Translations under genes and position numbers: made by a program | Part shown: one piece after another, positions 43,643-54,153 of the stretch | How the letters are laid out: every line of letters begins with the position of its first letter | Numbering within the stretch: the first letter of the stretch is position 1 | IMG/VR virus record: IMGVR_UViG_3300006145_000006 | Coordinates: 2,480 to 66,479 of that record | DNA length: 64,000 nt | Strand: one strand, 5' to 3' | Origin: a virus | Taxonomy: Duplodnaviria > Heunggongvirae > Uroviricota > Caudoviricetes | Notes under the pieces: generated by a model | Told to the model about the DNA's origin: nothing | Database searches by the model: none | The model's input: the letters and a program-made list of their open reading frames with translations, nothing else

Positions 43643-44110
43643 TCAATAGCTCTCATTGAAACCTCTCCATATCATCCAATGGTCTTGTACTGGCTGACAC
43701 TTTTGGAATAGGGAGCCAAGTGTCAATCCGTTGTGTTTGGCAAGGTCTGTCGTTACCGCAGATACGTTCTTATCTGTGGACGCACCAAGCTCTTCTGCCA
43801 TATAATCTAAGAGACTACAATACGACCTATCTGGACGCACTGGCTTCCCTGGATTGAAGTCCCACGCCAACAGCTTGTGCCCGTTGATGGTATACTCGGC
43901 ATTTGGGTCACCTAAATTAGATCCTTCCGAATGTATCCACCAGCCCCAGGTGCCGACCCAATCGGCGTCATCGATGTTACAGATAACATCAAAGTCCTTG
44001 TCGCTAAGCTCCCACACCTCATACCGCAGAGAGGAATATGTTCGTTTTGCTGTAGAGCAGAGTCGCCTGAGTGCGTTTTTTAAACCTTCTCCGCCAAGAA
44101 TCTCTTTCAT
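43643..44110 (-). CDS. hypothetical protein
   Basis: 155 aa. Confidence 0.4.
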   Translation of the reverse strand: MKEILGGEGLKNALRRLCSTAKRTYSSLRYEVWELSDKDFDVICNIDDADWVGTWGWWIHSEGSNLGDPNAEYTINGHKLLAWDFNPGKPVRPDRSYCSLLDYMAEELGASTDKNVSAVTTDLAKHNGLTLGSLFQKCQPVQDHWMIWRGFNESY

Positions 44111-44151
44111 GTCCCGCCTCCAAAGTCAATAAAACTAGGGTTTTATCTGGT

Positions 44152-44544
44152 CTAACAGTTCTCCCAGCAGTAGTCCACAAACTGGTCCCAGTTCATGGCG
44201 AGCTGCTCATAGACATCGATTTTCACCATTTTGTCTCGCTCCTCATGGTACGGCCACGGGGCGAGCTGAATCTCCCACTCACACTTGCTCCAGAAGCGGT
44301 ACATCATCTCACGGTTGATCTCAGCAGCAAAGTCCCGCTTCTCTGTGAATCGCTTCTTGGTCTTTTTAAGGAAGTCCTTCATACCGGACAGCACATTGTA
44401 AGGCTCGATTTTGTTGGAAGCGTAGTTGCGGTAGTACACATACCAGCACAGTTCCTTTTGTGATTGGTCACACCACCATTTCGTAGCGGTACAGATACCA
44501 GTAACCGCTCTTATTCTTTTGAACGTCGCTCGCATAGATGACAT
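44152..44544 (-). CDS. hypothetical protein
   Basis: 130 aa. Confidence 0.4.
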   Translation of the reverse strand: MSSMRATFKRIRAVTGICTATKWWCDQSQKELCWYVYYRNYASNKIEPYNVLSGMKDFLKKTKKRFTEKRDFAAEINREMMYRFWSKCEWEIQLAPWPYHEERDKMVKIDVYEQLAMNWDQFVDYCWENC

Positions 44545-47500
44545 CGTTTTCTTTCACAGGTTGTCGGTCATACAGGTTTGAGCGGAGTGTCAGACGGGAA
44601 CGTTTCCCGGATCCGATAGACCTTGTAAATAGAGCGTATGCCCACACGCCGCCATTATCTTTGCTCTTGAGCGGCACACAATCCTCTATATACAGCTTCC
44701 TTCGGTCCTCCTCCCTGTTGGTCGTCAGCTCTATGTAGCCCAGGATTTCCTTCTGGTTCTGCATTTTCACCTTGTAGCTGGCATCAGGGAGATTCAAACT
44801 CTTTACCTCATCCTCCAGGGCATGAAGCAGACCGTCCATGTCGGTGATGGTGTAGGACTTTACCTCATTCCCCTTTGCATTCTTATCGGTAGCATACTCC
44901 CGGAGGATTTCCTCCACTCTTGAGCCGGCCACATTTTCCTTCTTGATGGTCTTGGCCTTTCCCTGCTTGAACATGTCAAACAGACTGAGGATCCTGGATA
45001 ACTCCACACAGTTCCCAAACGACGCAAAGTAATCAATCAGGATGAGCGGCTTGACCTTGGCAGCCTTAATACTCATGGCATCAAGATCCCGAAGGGCATC
45101 CACGAAATAGGTGCGGTGGTTCTGCCCAGCCTTGTGAAGCTGGTCGCACACCGCCTTGCCGTAGCCTTTAATCGATGAAGTTCCCTTCGAGATGACCCCG
45201 GCATCCTTGTCATAGGTATAGTCAGACATGGAAAACTCGAACCGCGGTGGTGTGATTTGAATACCATAAACCTTAGCAAGCTCCGTACCGCCCGTGATAT
45301 CAGAGTCGTTCTTTGCGTGGTTCAGGTATGTCGTAATAAACTCATACGGATAGTAACATCTGAGCCAAGCGCATATATACCCAATAAGGCAGTAGGCTAT
45401 TGAGTGGTTATACCCAAACTGGTAGCTGGCACTGTCCTCAAGGATCTGGATAAATTCCTTGGCTTCCTGCTCTGCGACCTCTCTTGGCTGGCTTGATTTG
45501 TCGCAATATCCATTCAAGATATCGGGAAGTGCCCTCTCCAGGCGGTCTTTGTCTTTACGTCCAATTGCCCGACGTACATTGTCCGCCTCCGACCCGGACA
45601 ATCCACAAATTTGTTGAAGGAACTTGATGGTGTCCTCCTGGTAGATCAGGTATCCGTTGTTGTCCTTCAATAGTTCATCGATCAGAGGAGATGGGTTGTG
45701 GTGCGGAAGGCGGGCAATGAGGTCATTTCGATAGGAGGTTCCGGATGGGCGGATGCAGGCCGTTACCAAAGACATGTCGAAGATGGACTTTGTCCCGAAG
45801 TCCTTGAGCAGCTTAAAAGCAAAATCGCCTTCCATTTGGAAAATTCCCACCGGGGATCGCATCATGTCTTGCCAGACCTTCTGGTCATCAAATTCTATCT
45901 CATGGGTCTTTGGGTATGGGATGCCGGCAAGCTCGCAGGTGTCCCGAATGATCCCAATGTTGTTCAGTACCAGCAGGTCAAACTTGACCAGAGATACCTC
46001 ATGGATCTCTTCCATGTCGATGTTGATGACCAGCTCCCCGTCCTTCCAAAAGCAGCCATAGTTATCCGGGAGCGTGACCGGGCTGACAACCATCCCGGCG
46101 GCATGAACGCTTTGTGAGACTTTGGTGCCAAGGATCCCATCGTAGTAATAGAAAATGTCCTCATGATCCCGCCTCGCCTGCTCTTGGTCAGAGGCAAATT
46201 CCTTTTTCACACGCTCGCAGACCTTGACGCTGTATGGGTTTGCAGGATCAATTTTGTCTGCTCTTGGATTACCGTGCTCTCTTTCCCAGCGGTTACGAAG
46301 CCCCATGCAGATGACCTCAATGGCGTTGGTGTCAGCGGCCGTCCCCCATGTCGGGGCGCGGGCAGTATAATCCTGGCCAAATCGTTTAATGAGATATTTG
46401 AAAATCTTTGGGCGGTCAGTATCAATGACATCTACGTCAATGTCTCCGACCTCTTTCCGGTCCTCGTTTGCAAACCGGGAGAACACTGTCCCCCACCGCT
46501 CCGGGTCGAGGTCAATAATGTCTGTGACATAGGCCACGCGGGAACCGCCAACAGAACCGCGGGCCGGGCCTATAGGAATGTTGTTATCCCAACACCAGCT
46601 AATGAGTTCCGACATACACAGGATGTAACCGGACATATCAATCTTCTCGAAAACCCGCAGCTCCTCTGGAAGGGCGGCTTCAAATCCCGCCCGCTCGCTT
46701 TCTGGGATGATTTGTTTGTCCAACTTCTCCTGGAGCTTTTTGTATGTGACCTCGGTTAGTTTTGCACGGTCAGCCTCGCTACTGCCGTATAGCTTTGGAT
46801 ACTTGAGCGACATATCAAGATCAAAGTCCTCTACGGAGTCTGCAAGCACATTTGTGTTCTGGATTGCCTCCATCCACAGCTCCTCTGGGATAGCGTCCTG
46901 CTGGCGGAAGGCATCTACCAGCTCGTCGTAGCTTTTATAGGTCAGGTCAAAGCTGTCCTCGTCGCCGTAGGACTGCTTTTTTGCGTCCATCAGAATACTG
47001 CGGCACTCAGCTTTATAGCTGTTCAGACTGTGGGTGTCTGTCCCGGCGATGAGCGGCTTGCCATACTTTTCAGACAGCACAGCCAGGTAACGATTAAAAG
47101 CGATTTGGTCTGGATGGTTATGCGGCTGAATCTCAAGGTAGTCGTACCGCATGACCAGTTTCTCATACCACGGGTCATCCAAAGGCAGTTTGTTGAGCGG
47201 TGAGGCAAGACAGGCACTGGTTGTGATCACATGGTCTGACAGCGCAAGAAATTCCTCAAAGGAGATACGGTTTTTGTAGTACATGTGCTCCTCATCGGTA
47301 GAGGTCGAAATGGCCTGGTTGATCTCCCGCACTCCCTGCTCGTCCTTTGCGATTAGGATGGTGTGGTAGTTGTCCCGCACCTTCTTAGGTTCTCCCGTTT
47401 CCGGGTCTGGCTGAAGGAGAGATTTTGTCAGGTAGCACTCCACTCCGAATAGGAAGCGAATTCCCTTTTTGTCACAGTACATCTTCTTGCGGACCCACTG

Positions 47501-47662
47501 CTTAGTGTTGCCATGCTCGGTACAGGCGATTGCCTTTTGTCCTAACTCTACGGCTCTATCCACATATCGCTCAAAATCTGTGCAACTATCCAATAGGGAA
47601 ATGTCACTATGGACATGGATCGCAACGTAGTTATCCGGCGTCTGATTTTTTGATTTTCCCAT
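44468..47662 (-). CDS. DNA polymerase III alpha subunit (DnaE/PolC-like, PHP domain); likely start M59 of the ORF
   Basis: PHP motif VAIHVHSDISLLDSC...ACTEHGN; Pol III alpha core. Start chosen at MGKSKNQ (SD GAGGAAG) to avoid a 200-nt overlap with the primase. Confidence 0.85.
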   Translation of the reverse strand: MGKSKNQTPDNYVAIHVHSDISLLDSCTDFERYVDRAVELGQKAIACTEHGNTKQWVRKKMYCDKKGIRFLFGVECYLTKSLLQPDPETGEPKKVRDNYHTILIAKDEQGVREINQAISTSTDEEHMYYKNRISFEEFLALSDHVITTSACLASPLNKLPLDDPWYEKLVMRYDYLEIQPHNHPDQIAFNRYLAVLSEKYGKPLIAGTDTHSLNSYKAECRSILMDAKKQSYGDEDSFDLTYKSYDELVDAFRQQDAIPEELWMEAIQNTNVLADSVEDFDLDMSLKYPKLYGSSEADRAKLTEVTYKKLQEKLDKQIIPESERAGFEAALPEELRVFEKIDMSGYILCMSELISWCWDNNIPIGPARGSVGGSRVAYVTDIIDLDPERWGTVFSRFANEDRKEVGDIDVDVIDTDRPKIFKYLIKRFGQDYTARAPTWGTAADTNAIEVICMGLRNRWEREHGNPRADKIDPANPYSVKVCERVKKEFASDQEQARRDHEDIFYYYDGILGTKVSQSVHAAGMVVSPVTLPDNYGCFWKDGELVINIDMEEIHEVSLVKFDLLVLNNIGIIRDTCELAGIPYPKTHEIEFDDQKVWQDMMRSPVGIFQMEGDFAFKLLKDFGTKSIFDMSLVTACIRPSGTSYRNDLIARLPHHNPSPLIDELLKDNNGYLIYQEDTIKFLQQICGLSGSEADNVRRAIGRKDKDRLERALPDILNGYCDKSSQPREVAEQEAKEFIQILEDSASYQFGYNHSIAYCLIGYICAWLRCYYPYEFITTYLNHAKNDSDITGGTELAKVYGIQITPPRFEFSMSDYTYDKDAGVISKGTSSIKGYGKAVCDQLHKAGQNHRTYFVDALRDLDAMSIKAAKVKPLILIDYFASFGNCVELSRILSLFDMFKQGKAKTIKKENVAGSRVEEILREYATDKNAKGNEVKSYTITDMDGLLHALEDEVKSLNLPDASYKVKMQNQKEILGYIELTTNREEDRRKLYIEDCVPLKSKDNGGVWAYALFTRSIGSGKRSRLTLRSNLYDRQPVKENDVIYASDVQKNKSGYWYLYRYEMVV

Positions 47663-49526
47663 ACACTTCCTCGTCCGCGGCACGCTCCTCGGCAAGCTGT
47701 CTTGGCAGCGCCAGCGGGTTGTCGCTGTAGTCGTTTCTGTCCCAGGAGAATTTCCTGTCATATTCCGCCATATCACAGAAGAAACGGCGTGATAAGGAGT
47801 CGTAATATAGCCCCTCGTCAATGTTCTGCCGCCCAAACATACGGTCCTTGATGATCGTGGCGATCACATCGTACTTGAGAAGTCTCTGGCGACGCTCTGA
47901 AAACCGTGCGCTGTTATCCCGTTCCTCATCCGTGATACGGCGAAGGCCGATGGTGCGGTGAGCGAGATTAACGATGTTGCTGGTTCCTGCGATGTCGTAG
48001 ATCCCGACGTTCGTGCTGGCATCCATCTTCCGCGGATGGCAGACCAGGACCACCGCCGCCTGATATTTCTTTGCGAACTCAATGAGCCGCTTAATGGTGA
48101 TGGTCTGGCTCCTCAGCTCCTCCTCGGTCTGTTCGGTGTCGATGCACATGAAGTTGTCAAGGATGAGGCATCGCACTCCATATTTCCTTACAGCATCCGT
48201 CATGGACTCTATGAGGCCGTCAAGGGTGTTATCATAGTCATCCCGGTAGATATACCACTGCCCCTTGTAAGTTGTATTGATTGCCCCAATGGTAGCGGAG
48301 GAGATTTTCTTATAGGGGTTTCCTTTACGGGAGATAGCATCTTCGATGTTCCTCGGGCCGGCGAATATGTAGTTGAACCAGCTTTTCTCAACGCCGTTAG
48401 GGAGTTCACCTGAAAACAGCCATGACCGGATCCCGTTGTCAATGGCATTACACATGAGCTGCGTCAGAAGGCTGCTCTTCCCTGCCCCTGGCTGGCCGCT
48501 GATAATAGTAAGCGTCCCAAAGAAAAGGCGCATCAGCTCTCCGTCCAGGTTTTTCAGCCCAAAGGTCACACCGTCCACGTCTTCATACTCCGTTGGGCTG
48601 ACCTCCGATAGGTCGATGACAGACGGAACAGGGGTGTCCGCAGCGTTGGCGATGATCTCAGCAACCTTTTCTCTCCCGTAGTAAAATAAGGTTTCGTTGA
48701 CATCCTTGATTGACACTTTCTTGCCATCCTCAGCCTCGTAAAGTTCAGGGCAACTTGCGATCTTACACCGCCAGGAGCCAAGACGCGGGACTACCTCCTT
48801 GACAAATTTGTTGCCTGCCTGGTCATTATCCGGTGTCAAGATGATCTCGTTGAACTGCTCCAGAAAGTCCCAGCATTCTTCGATCCAGTGGGTGTTGCCG
48901 TCCCCTAGCGGGATGCTGACCGCGTTTTGGATACCGGACTCGATGAGTGCGGCACAGTCCAGTTCGCCACAGCAAATCACAAGGGGTTGGAGCGGGTTGA
49001 TGCGATTCATGTTAAACAGCAGCGGCGTAGTATCCGCTCCTTGCTGGCACCAAACCTTGTTTTCTCCCTTCCTCACCCTGCGACTTGGCCTGTACTTCAC
49101 CATAGTCAACACGTCGTTCAGGTCGTAATAGTTGAAAACTAGGTTCCCTTCCTTATCCTGTCGGATATCCAGGTAGTCAGCGGTATCTTGGCTGATTTTC
49201 CTTGCCTTCATGTATTTGTACGCCTTTGATTTGTCTTCACACTCTACAGGCTTTGGGTAGCGGTACTGTCTGCGGGTCTGCACCCGATGTTCCCCAAAGC
49301 TGTGCTGGATCCCAGCCGTTTCAAAGAGCTTCTCTGTAGCCTCGATGAAGGTTGCGTTGCGGCCTTTCATGTAGGCGTCAATAAAATCGGCATTTGCTTG
49401 GCATCCAAAACAGTGGCATTCATAGGTTTTGGGGTTATAAATGAATGACGGTGTATCTTCCTCATGGAAGGGGCAAAGGCAACGCTGGCGGGTCTCATCG
49501 TAATCCTCCACCCCAAGGAACTCCAT
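47631..49526 (-). CDS. bifunctional primase-helicase (DnaG-like CHC2 zinc finger/toprim + DnaB-like helicase)
   Basis: CPFHEEDTPSF...CHCFGC zinc finger; Walker A GQPGAGKSSLL in the C-terminal half. Confidence 0.85.
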   Translation of the reverse strand: MEFLGVEDYDETRQRCLCPFHEEDTPSFIYNPKTYECHCFGCQANADFIDAYMKGRNATFIEATEKLFETAGIQHSFGEHRVQTRRQYRYPKPVECEDKSKAYKYMKARKISQDTADYLDIRQDKEGNLVFNYYDLNDVLTMVKYRPSRRVRKGENKVWCQQGADTTPLLFNMNRINPLQPLVICCGELDCAALIESGIQNAVSIPLGDGNTHWIEECWDFLEQFNEIILTPDNDQAGNKFVKEVVPRLGSWRCKIASCPELYEAEDGKKVSIKDVNETLFYYGREKVAEIIANAADTPVPSVIDLSEVSPTEYEDVDGVTFGLKNLDGELMRLFFGTLTIISGQPGAGKSSLLTQLMCNAIDNGIRSWLFSGELPNGVEKSWFNYIFAGPRNIEDAISRKGNPYKKISSATIGAINTTYKGQWYIYRDDYDNTLDGLIESMTDAVRKYGVRCLILDNFMCIDTEQTEEELRSQTITIKRLIEFAKKYQAAVVLVCHPRKMDASTNVGIYDIAGTSNIVNLAHRTIGLRRITDEERDNSARFSERRQRLLKYDVIATIIKDRMFGRQNIDEGLYYDSLSRRFFCDMAEYDRKFSWDRNDYSDNPLALPRQLAEERAADEEVYGKIKKSDAG

Positions 49527-49609
49527 GATATAGCGAAAGTTTTCGTCCCCGAGTTTCTCCTTTGCCTGTTTGATTTTCTCTTGCTCAATTAGTATATCTT
49601 GTCACCGCC

Positions 49610-50167
49610 TCAATGCTCCGGCCAAAGTCCGTGAATAAGACAGTATGCCTTATACTCTAAGGCCGGCAGGTAGATTTCGTTGATCCATTTTTCGTCATAT
49701 TCGATAGGGTGGGTGCTAAGCCGCCCCGTGTCTATTGGAGCATAGAAATTGCGGTAGTCTGCGTCGGTCAGCCCGTAGGCGTCGATTTGGGCTCCAGCAA
49801 TCCCAGATACGAATTGCTGGACCCAAACCTGCTCCCTATATTTTTTCGGAACCTTAAATCCTTTTTCGTATTTGTAGGTCTTCACTTCATGGATCATGTT
49901 CGGTGTGTTGCCGTCCAAGTTCACTCGGAGGCGGAGCGGCTCAATTAGGATTTGTCTGTCCTTCTCCAGCCCCGGGATATGAAGTGCGTCTAAAATACGA
50001 TGTTCAAAATATGTACCGGCAAGCATGGCGGTGTTTGTGAAGTCGTTTTTCGCAATGCCCAGCTTGACCAGCCACCAGTTTTCAAAGGATTTCGTGTTGA
50101 TGTTTCCGATGATATATGGCGTATCCGATGCACCAAACCAACCGCTGCGGTCCTTTGACGCAATCAA
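49610..50167 (-). CDS. YqaJ/lambda-Exo-like recombination exonuclease (PD-(D/E)xK) candidate
   Basis: N-terminus SGWFGASDTPYIIGN resembles the YqaJ motif. Upstream SSAP partner. Confidence 0.5.
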   Translation of the reverse strand: MIASKDRSGWFGASDTPYIIGNINTKSFENWWLVKLGIAKNDFTNTAMLAGTYFEHRILDALHIPGLEKDRQILIEPLRLRVNLDGNTPNMIHEVKTYKYEKGFKVPKKYREQVWVQQFVSGIAGAQIDAYGLTDADYRNFYAPIDTGRLSTHPIEYDEKWINEIYLPALEYKAYCLIHGLWPEH

Positions 50168-50802
50168 ATTGCGGTCAGCTTCTTCTCAAAACGGTCAATC
50201 AGATCGAAATAGGTGAAGACCATCTTGACTTCATCCTCTGTCATCTCCAGCTTCTGGGCAAGGTCAGCGGTAGACAGCTTTCCCTTGCCCTTCTTGAGAG
50301 CCTGTGTGTACTCCTCCTGGAGCCGCTGCTTAACGGCGAAGATATTGTGTTTGGACAGATCCTCGGTCCCGTCGTCAAGCTCAAAATCCCTGCTCCAGAG
50401 GTCAAACCCGAGGCCTGTGCGGATTGCGACACCTTTTACGAAAGCACGGGTCTGCGCATTCCATACACGCTGCTGTGTGAGAGAGTTGTCCTTGACGGGA
50501 TTGGAACCGTTCATAAGCGGTGTCCGCATAGTAAACACATCATCGTCAATGGTAATCTTAACCGCCACCTCGTAGCAGCAGTTCTTATTCCCCTTGCTAT
50601 CAGTAAACTCTCGGTCGGACTTCCAAAGGCTGCTACCATCATTCGGATTCTGAAGAGGCTCAAAGTACACTCTCTCAGCACCGTTCTCGTGAAGCAAATC
50701 AACGCACTTTGCCCAATTCAGATACTCCAGCTTATCGTCACGAGTGTCCAGATACTTAGACACATCGATTTTCCTCATTTCGTCCCAGCTTTTCAGTGCC
50801 AT
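50164..50802 (-). CDS. Rad52/Sak-like single-strand annealing protein candidate
   Basis: YLDTRDDKLEYLNWAKCVDLLHENGAERVYFEP resembles the DUF1071/Sak N-terminal core. Positioned between SSB and Exo. Confidence 0.45.
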   Translation of the reverse strand: MALKSWDEMRKIDVSKYLDTRDDKLEYLNWAKCVDLLHENGAERVYFEPLQNPNDGSSLWKSDREFTDSKGNKNCCYEVAVKITIDDDVFTMRTPLMNGSNPVKDNSLTQQRVWNAQTRAFVKGVAIRTGLGFDLWSRDFELDDGTEDLSKHNIFAVKQRLQEEYTQALKKGKGKLSTADLAQKLEMTEDEVKMVFTYFDLIDRFEKKLTAI

Positions 50803-50814
50803 ACTTGATCCTCC

Positions 50815-51264
50815 TTAAAACGGCAAATCGCCCTCAACGTCCAGTTCTTCCATATCGTCGGGCTTCTTAGCCTTTGAGGTTTTCTTCGCGGCAGATGCTT
50901 TCTTAGATACGGGCTCATCCTCTTCGTCATCGTTGCTCTTCGTCTGAGAGTCTCCAAAATAGACGCTTTCGGCAACCACCTCTGTAGCAATACGCTTATT
51001 GCCTTCCTTGTCGGTGTAGTTTCTCACCTGAAGCCGCCCTTCCACGATGGCCATACGTCCCTTAGTGAAGTACTTAGAGACGAACTCGGCGGTGTTGCGC
51101 CACGCCTGAATGTTGATGAAGTCGGTTTCCTTTTCTCCGGTCTCTTTGTTCTTAAAATCCCTATCAACCGCCAGTGTGAAATTTGCAACAGCCGCGCCGC
51201 TTGGGGTGTTCCGCAGCTCAGGGTCACGCACCAGGCGCCCCATCAAGACAATTTTATTAAGCAA
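50815..51264 (-). CDS. ssb: single-stranded DNA-binding protein SSB
   Basis: OB-fold N-domain (IVLMGRLVRDPELR...) and acidic C-terminal tail ending DLPF. Confidence 0.85.
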   Translation of the reverse strand: MLNKIVLMGRLVRDPELRNTPSGAAVANFTLAVDRDFKNKETGEKETDFINIQAWRNTAEFVSKYFTKGRMAIVEGRLQVRNYTDKEGNKRIATEVVAESVYFGDSQTKSNDDEEDEPVSKKASAAKKTSKAKKPDDMEELDVEGDLPF

Positions 51265-51515
51265 TTCGTTTCCTCCCGTTATGTATTTTGAATACTTAAA
51301 CCTACATTTTAGTACTCTACATACTGTCCAAACCTATAAATTACATATACTGGACCATACTTTTGTACAATTTGTGTGTCTCTGTTGTATTCTTTGGCGG
51401 CAGAAAACGCCGCCTTCTTGCTGTTATATTTCGTGCTACTGTACAGACATCCGTCAAACCCTAATTGCCAATAATTAATACTTGCCAAGCATCTTTACCA
51501 GATAGAACTCCAATT

Positions 51516-51794
51516 TTACAGGCTCCATAGGAGATTCCAAAGTTCGGACGAAGTTTTCCATGGACTGCTCGGATAGTCGTTGAGAAACTGACGGTATAAA
51601 TCTCTGTACACCTTGCCGGCATTAACTACCTCATCCCATCGCTTATCTTTTTCCTGATTCAGTTTCTCTCGCCGGAGTCGTTCCTCCTCCGCTCGTTTCT
51701 TCTCCTCGCACTCAAGCACACAATGCGCCATAGCTTTAGGCGTATCGTACTCGGTGCCACACAGGGGGCACACATACTTCATCTTTTCTTCCAT
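51516..51794 (-). CDS. small zinc-ribbon/coiled-coil protein
   Basis: CPLCG...CVLEC. Confidence 0.4.
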   Translation of the reverse strand: MEEKMKYVCPLCGTEYDTPKAMAHCVLECEEKKRAEEERLRREKLNQEKDKRWDEVVNAGKVYRDLYRQFLNDYPSSPWKTSSELWNLLWSL

Positions 51795-51847
51795 GCACTT
51801 ACCTACCTTTCTTTTATATTTTGCGTTTTGGATATGCTCTTGCGAGC

Positions 51848-51922
51848 TGGTGGGCCTTGTCGGACTCGAACCGACAACTACACGCTTATGAGGCGTGCCT
51901 TCCGCCGTTGAATTAAAGGCCC
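51848..51922 (-). tRNA. tRNA-Met (anticodon CAT)
   Basis: Manual fold: 7-bp acceptor stem GGGCCTT/AAGGCCC; anticodon stem CACGC/GCGTG with loop CTCATAA; T-arm GTCGG-TTCGAGT-CCGAC; 3' ACCA. Confidence 0.8.
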
Positions 51923-51983
51923 ATATACTCTGTGTGGTATTTCAAATACCAAACACAAATATTATTGTGTAAAGAAAAGCCAC

Positions 51984-52916
51984 TTATGTGGCTTTTCTCG
52001 TCTCCCGAAGAAGACAATACGCAGTAAATGTTTTCTTCCATCCCTGCATTTGATATGTGTCATAGGTTCTTCTTTTAAATCTCAATGCATCCAAAAATTG
52101 CTCATCTTCAAAAGTCTCCCACGGTTCATAAAGATGATATAGCATTCCGGCAATCTGCGTTAAGTGAATCGCAATTTTGCGTTCTACTCCTGTCATCTGC
52201 TCATATTTCCTCGCGACATTGGAAACAGACACAGTTAGTTTGCGGGGGTCAACTTGATGCTCTGTTGTCGCACTAAAACAGTCCGTTGATTTAATCAACC
52301 ATTCCCCCGACAACTTATATATCTGTCTTCCGCTCCCTCTATTGGGAATAACCTCTGAATCTGTATCGCAATACTTTTTTAGAACTCTCCATAGCGGATC
52401 AGGAACATGAGTACCGCACAATGCATGTTTGTCAAAATCGATATCACTTTCTTTGAGTCGAGCCATATCCGGCGTTTTATACCCCATCCACGCAAGACAC
52501 AGGCACGGGGCAGCTATGTTAATGGTTTTATCTCCAAGTGCCGTGACAATGATAGACTCTAACTCGCCTGGGGTCAGCGGAGCATCCAAGATTTCCTGCA
52601 TTTCTTTACTATTGAAAAGTTCATCCCGCTGCAAGGGTTGCTCCATATATGGCTCGAAAATCTTTCTCCATCCAATATAATCATATAGGTGCGACATAAT
52701 GGTTTCATACTGGGCAGGATAGGTTTTTTTAATCGTTGCCCCAGCAATGGCGGCCTGTTCTTGCGTCAAATTGCATACATCATTTTTCGTAACGTCTTCA
52801 ACCAGTCGAAAACTCCTCACTAATGTAATAGCATCCTCTTTTTCAATCCCACAGGACACTAACATCTGAACGTATCTGGTTTTCCAGAAAGGATCAAATA
52901 TAAATTGTATCTCCAT
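51984..52916 (-). CDS. hypothetical protein
   Basis: 310-aa ORF. Confidence 0.45.
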   Translation of the reverse strand: MEIQFIFDPFWKTRYVQMLVSCGIEKEDAITLVRSFRLVEDVTKNDVCNLTQEQAAIAGATIKKTYPAQYETIMSHLYDYIGWRKIFEPYMEQPLQRDELFNSKEMQEILDAPLTPGELESIIVTALGDKTINIAAPCLCLAWMGYKTPDMARLKESDIDFDKHALCGTHVPDPLWRVLKKYCDTDSEVIPNRGSGRQIYKLSGEWLIKSTDCFSATTEHQVDPRKLTVSVSNVARKYEQMTGVERKIAIHLTQIAGMLYHLYEPWETFEDEQFLDALRFKRRTYDTYQMQGWKKTFTAYCLLRETRKAT

Positions 52917-52972
52917 AAGGCAAGCCCCTTTCCAGGTTCTGTCTTATATAATAACACGCCCTATCAGGATTG

Positions 52973-53227
52973 TCAATACCATTCGCAAATTTTAATGAAC
53001 TTTTTTTCGTCCTCCTCAAGTGTCATATCGCCACCCAGCACAATCGGGTGCGGAATTGCGGGGTCATCCTCGTCATAGAAGCAGAAACGGTATCTATCTC
53101 CTCCGTTGTATGTAACCATCATATGCGGCCTATAACTAAAGGTCCTGAGCCGCAAGATTCTGAGCAGCGGCTCACACTCGTTGATTGGCCCTGTCAGCGT
53201 AAACTCCCCTAACCCCTTAATAATCAT
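52973..53227 (-). CDS. hypothetical small protein
   Basis: 84 aa. Confidence 0.4.
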   Translation of the reverse strand: MIIKGLGEFTLTGPINECEPLLRILRLRTFSYRPHMMVTYNGGDRYRFCFYDEDDPAIPHPIVLGGDMTLEEDEKKFIKICEWY

Positions 53228-53317
53228 TTTGCATCACTCCTAGACTTTCATCTTCGCATCGGGGATTATCGAACTTTCGTTCTATAATATAACACCGCCG
53301 TTCCGGTTTGTCAAGCC

Positions 53318-53518
53318 CTAACCATCCGGAAAAACTTCGCCGATTGTTTTCCCCATCGCCCTACAAATCGCATAAGCAACCGGAACCGTTGGGATACGGT
53401 AGCCCTGCTCAATCTTCCATAGATGCCCCTTACTCACACCACTTAGATGAGACAATTCCGATAACGACATATTCAGTTGGTATCTGAGCTGCGCCAGGTT
53501 GTTCTTCATCAGAACCAC
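53318..53518 (-). CDS. XRE-family HTH transcriptional regulator (Cro/CI-like)
   Basis: LSELSHLSGVSKGHLWKIEQG helix-turn-helix. Confidence 0.7.
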   Translation of the reverse strand: MVLMKNNLAQLRYQLNMSLSELSHLSGVSKGHLWKIEQGYRIPTVPVAYAICRAMGKTIGEVFPDG

Positions 53519-53543
53519 TCCTGGGGTAGTATTCTCGATCCAA

Positions 53544-53750
53544 CTAAATATTAACAGTATTGGTGTATCCTATGGGACACGCTTGTTGACACAGCTTGAC
53601 AAAATCAGTCATGCCGATATGGTCTACATATGGGCCATAACCCATACATCTTTCGCAAAATTCGTTATCCTGGCTCATCACAATGTTGGCTCGGTCGTAC
53701 TCGTCCGGGCAACAAGTCTCAAGGAAACATTTCAAACACAGCTCCGCCAA
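53544..53750 (-). CDS. Cys-rich small protein
   Basis: 68 aa with 9 Cys. Confidence 0.4.
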   Translation of the reverse strand: MAELCLKCFLETCCPDEYDRANIVMSQDNEFCERCMGYGPYVDHIGMTDFVKLCQQACPIGYTNTVNI

Positions 53751-53784
53751 CCTGCACCTCCATCAAATCAGTCTTTTATCGGGT

Positions 53785-54138
53785 TCATCTAATCCGAAGG
53801 CCGTGTGCCCGCACCATGACTTCATCATTGTCTCCGATGTAAACAGCTTTTTGAATGTCGTCCGCATTTAAAGCGAGACCGCTATACCCAGCAAAGTCTC
53901 CAGTAGCAACGGTGCATTCCAAATAGTCCCCCATTTCGCACTCAACAACCTTATAATCTTGAATGCGGTCACCAGTTCCAATCATCCTACTCTGAATGTT
54001 GGAAGGTAGTAGATCCAAAGTAACAACAATGATATCGTCTGGAGATGTGTGTCCAATCACATTGTCGTCTTCATCATATATAGGATATTCAGCGTTTACC
54101 TTAAAGGCCCTTCCTCGAAGGGTGGAGTATTCTATCAT
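53785..54138 (-). CDS. hypothetical protein
   Basis: 117 aa. Confidence 0.4.
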   Translation of the reverse strand: MIEYSTLRGRAFKVNAEYPIYDEDDNVIGHTSPDDIIVVTLDLLPSNIQSRMIGTGDRIQDYKVVECEMGDYLECTVATGDFAGYSGLALNADDIQKAVYIGDNDEVMVRAHGLRIR

Positions 54139-54153
54139 AGCCAGATCCTCCTT

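Noticed and set aside
50116-50808. 230-aa + strand ORF
   Set aside because: Antisense to the SSAP-like gene in a region where every verified gene is on the - strand; Leu-rich antisense-type composition.
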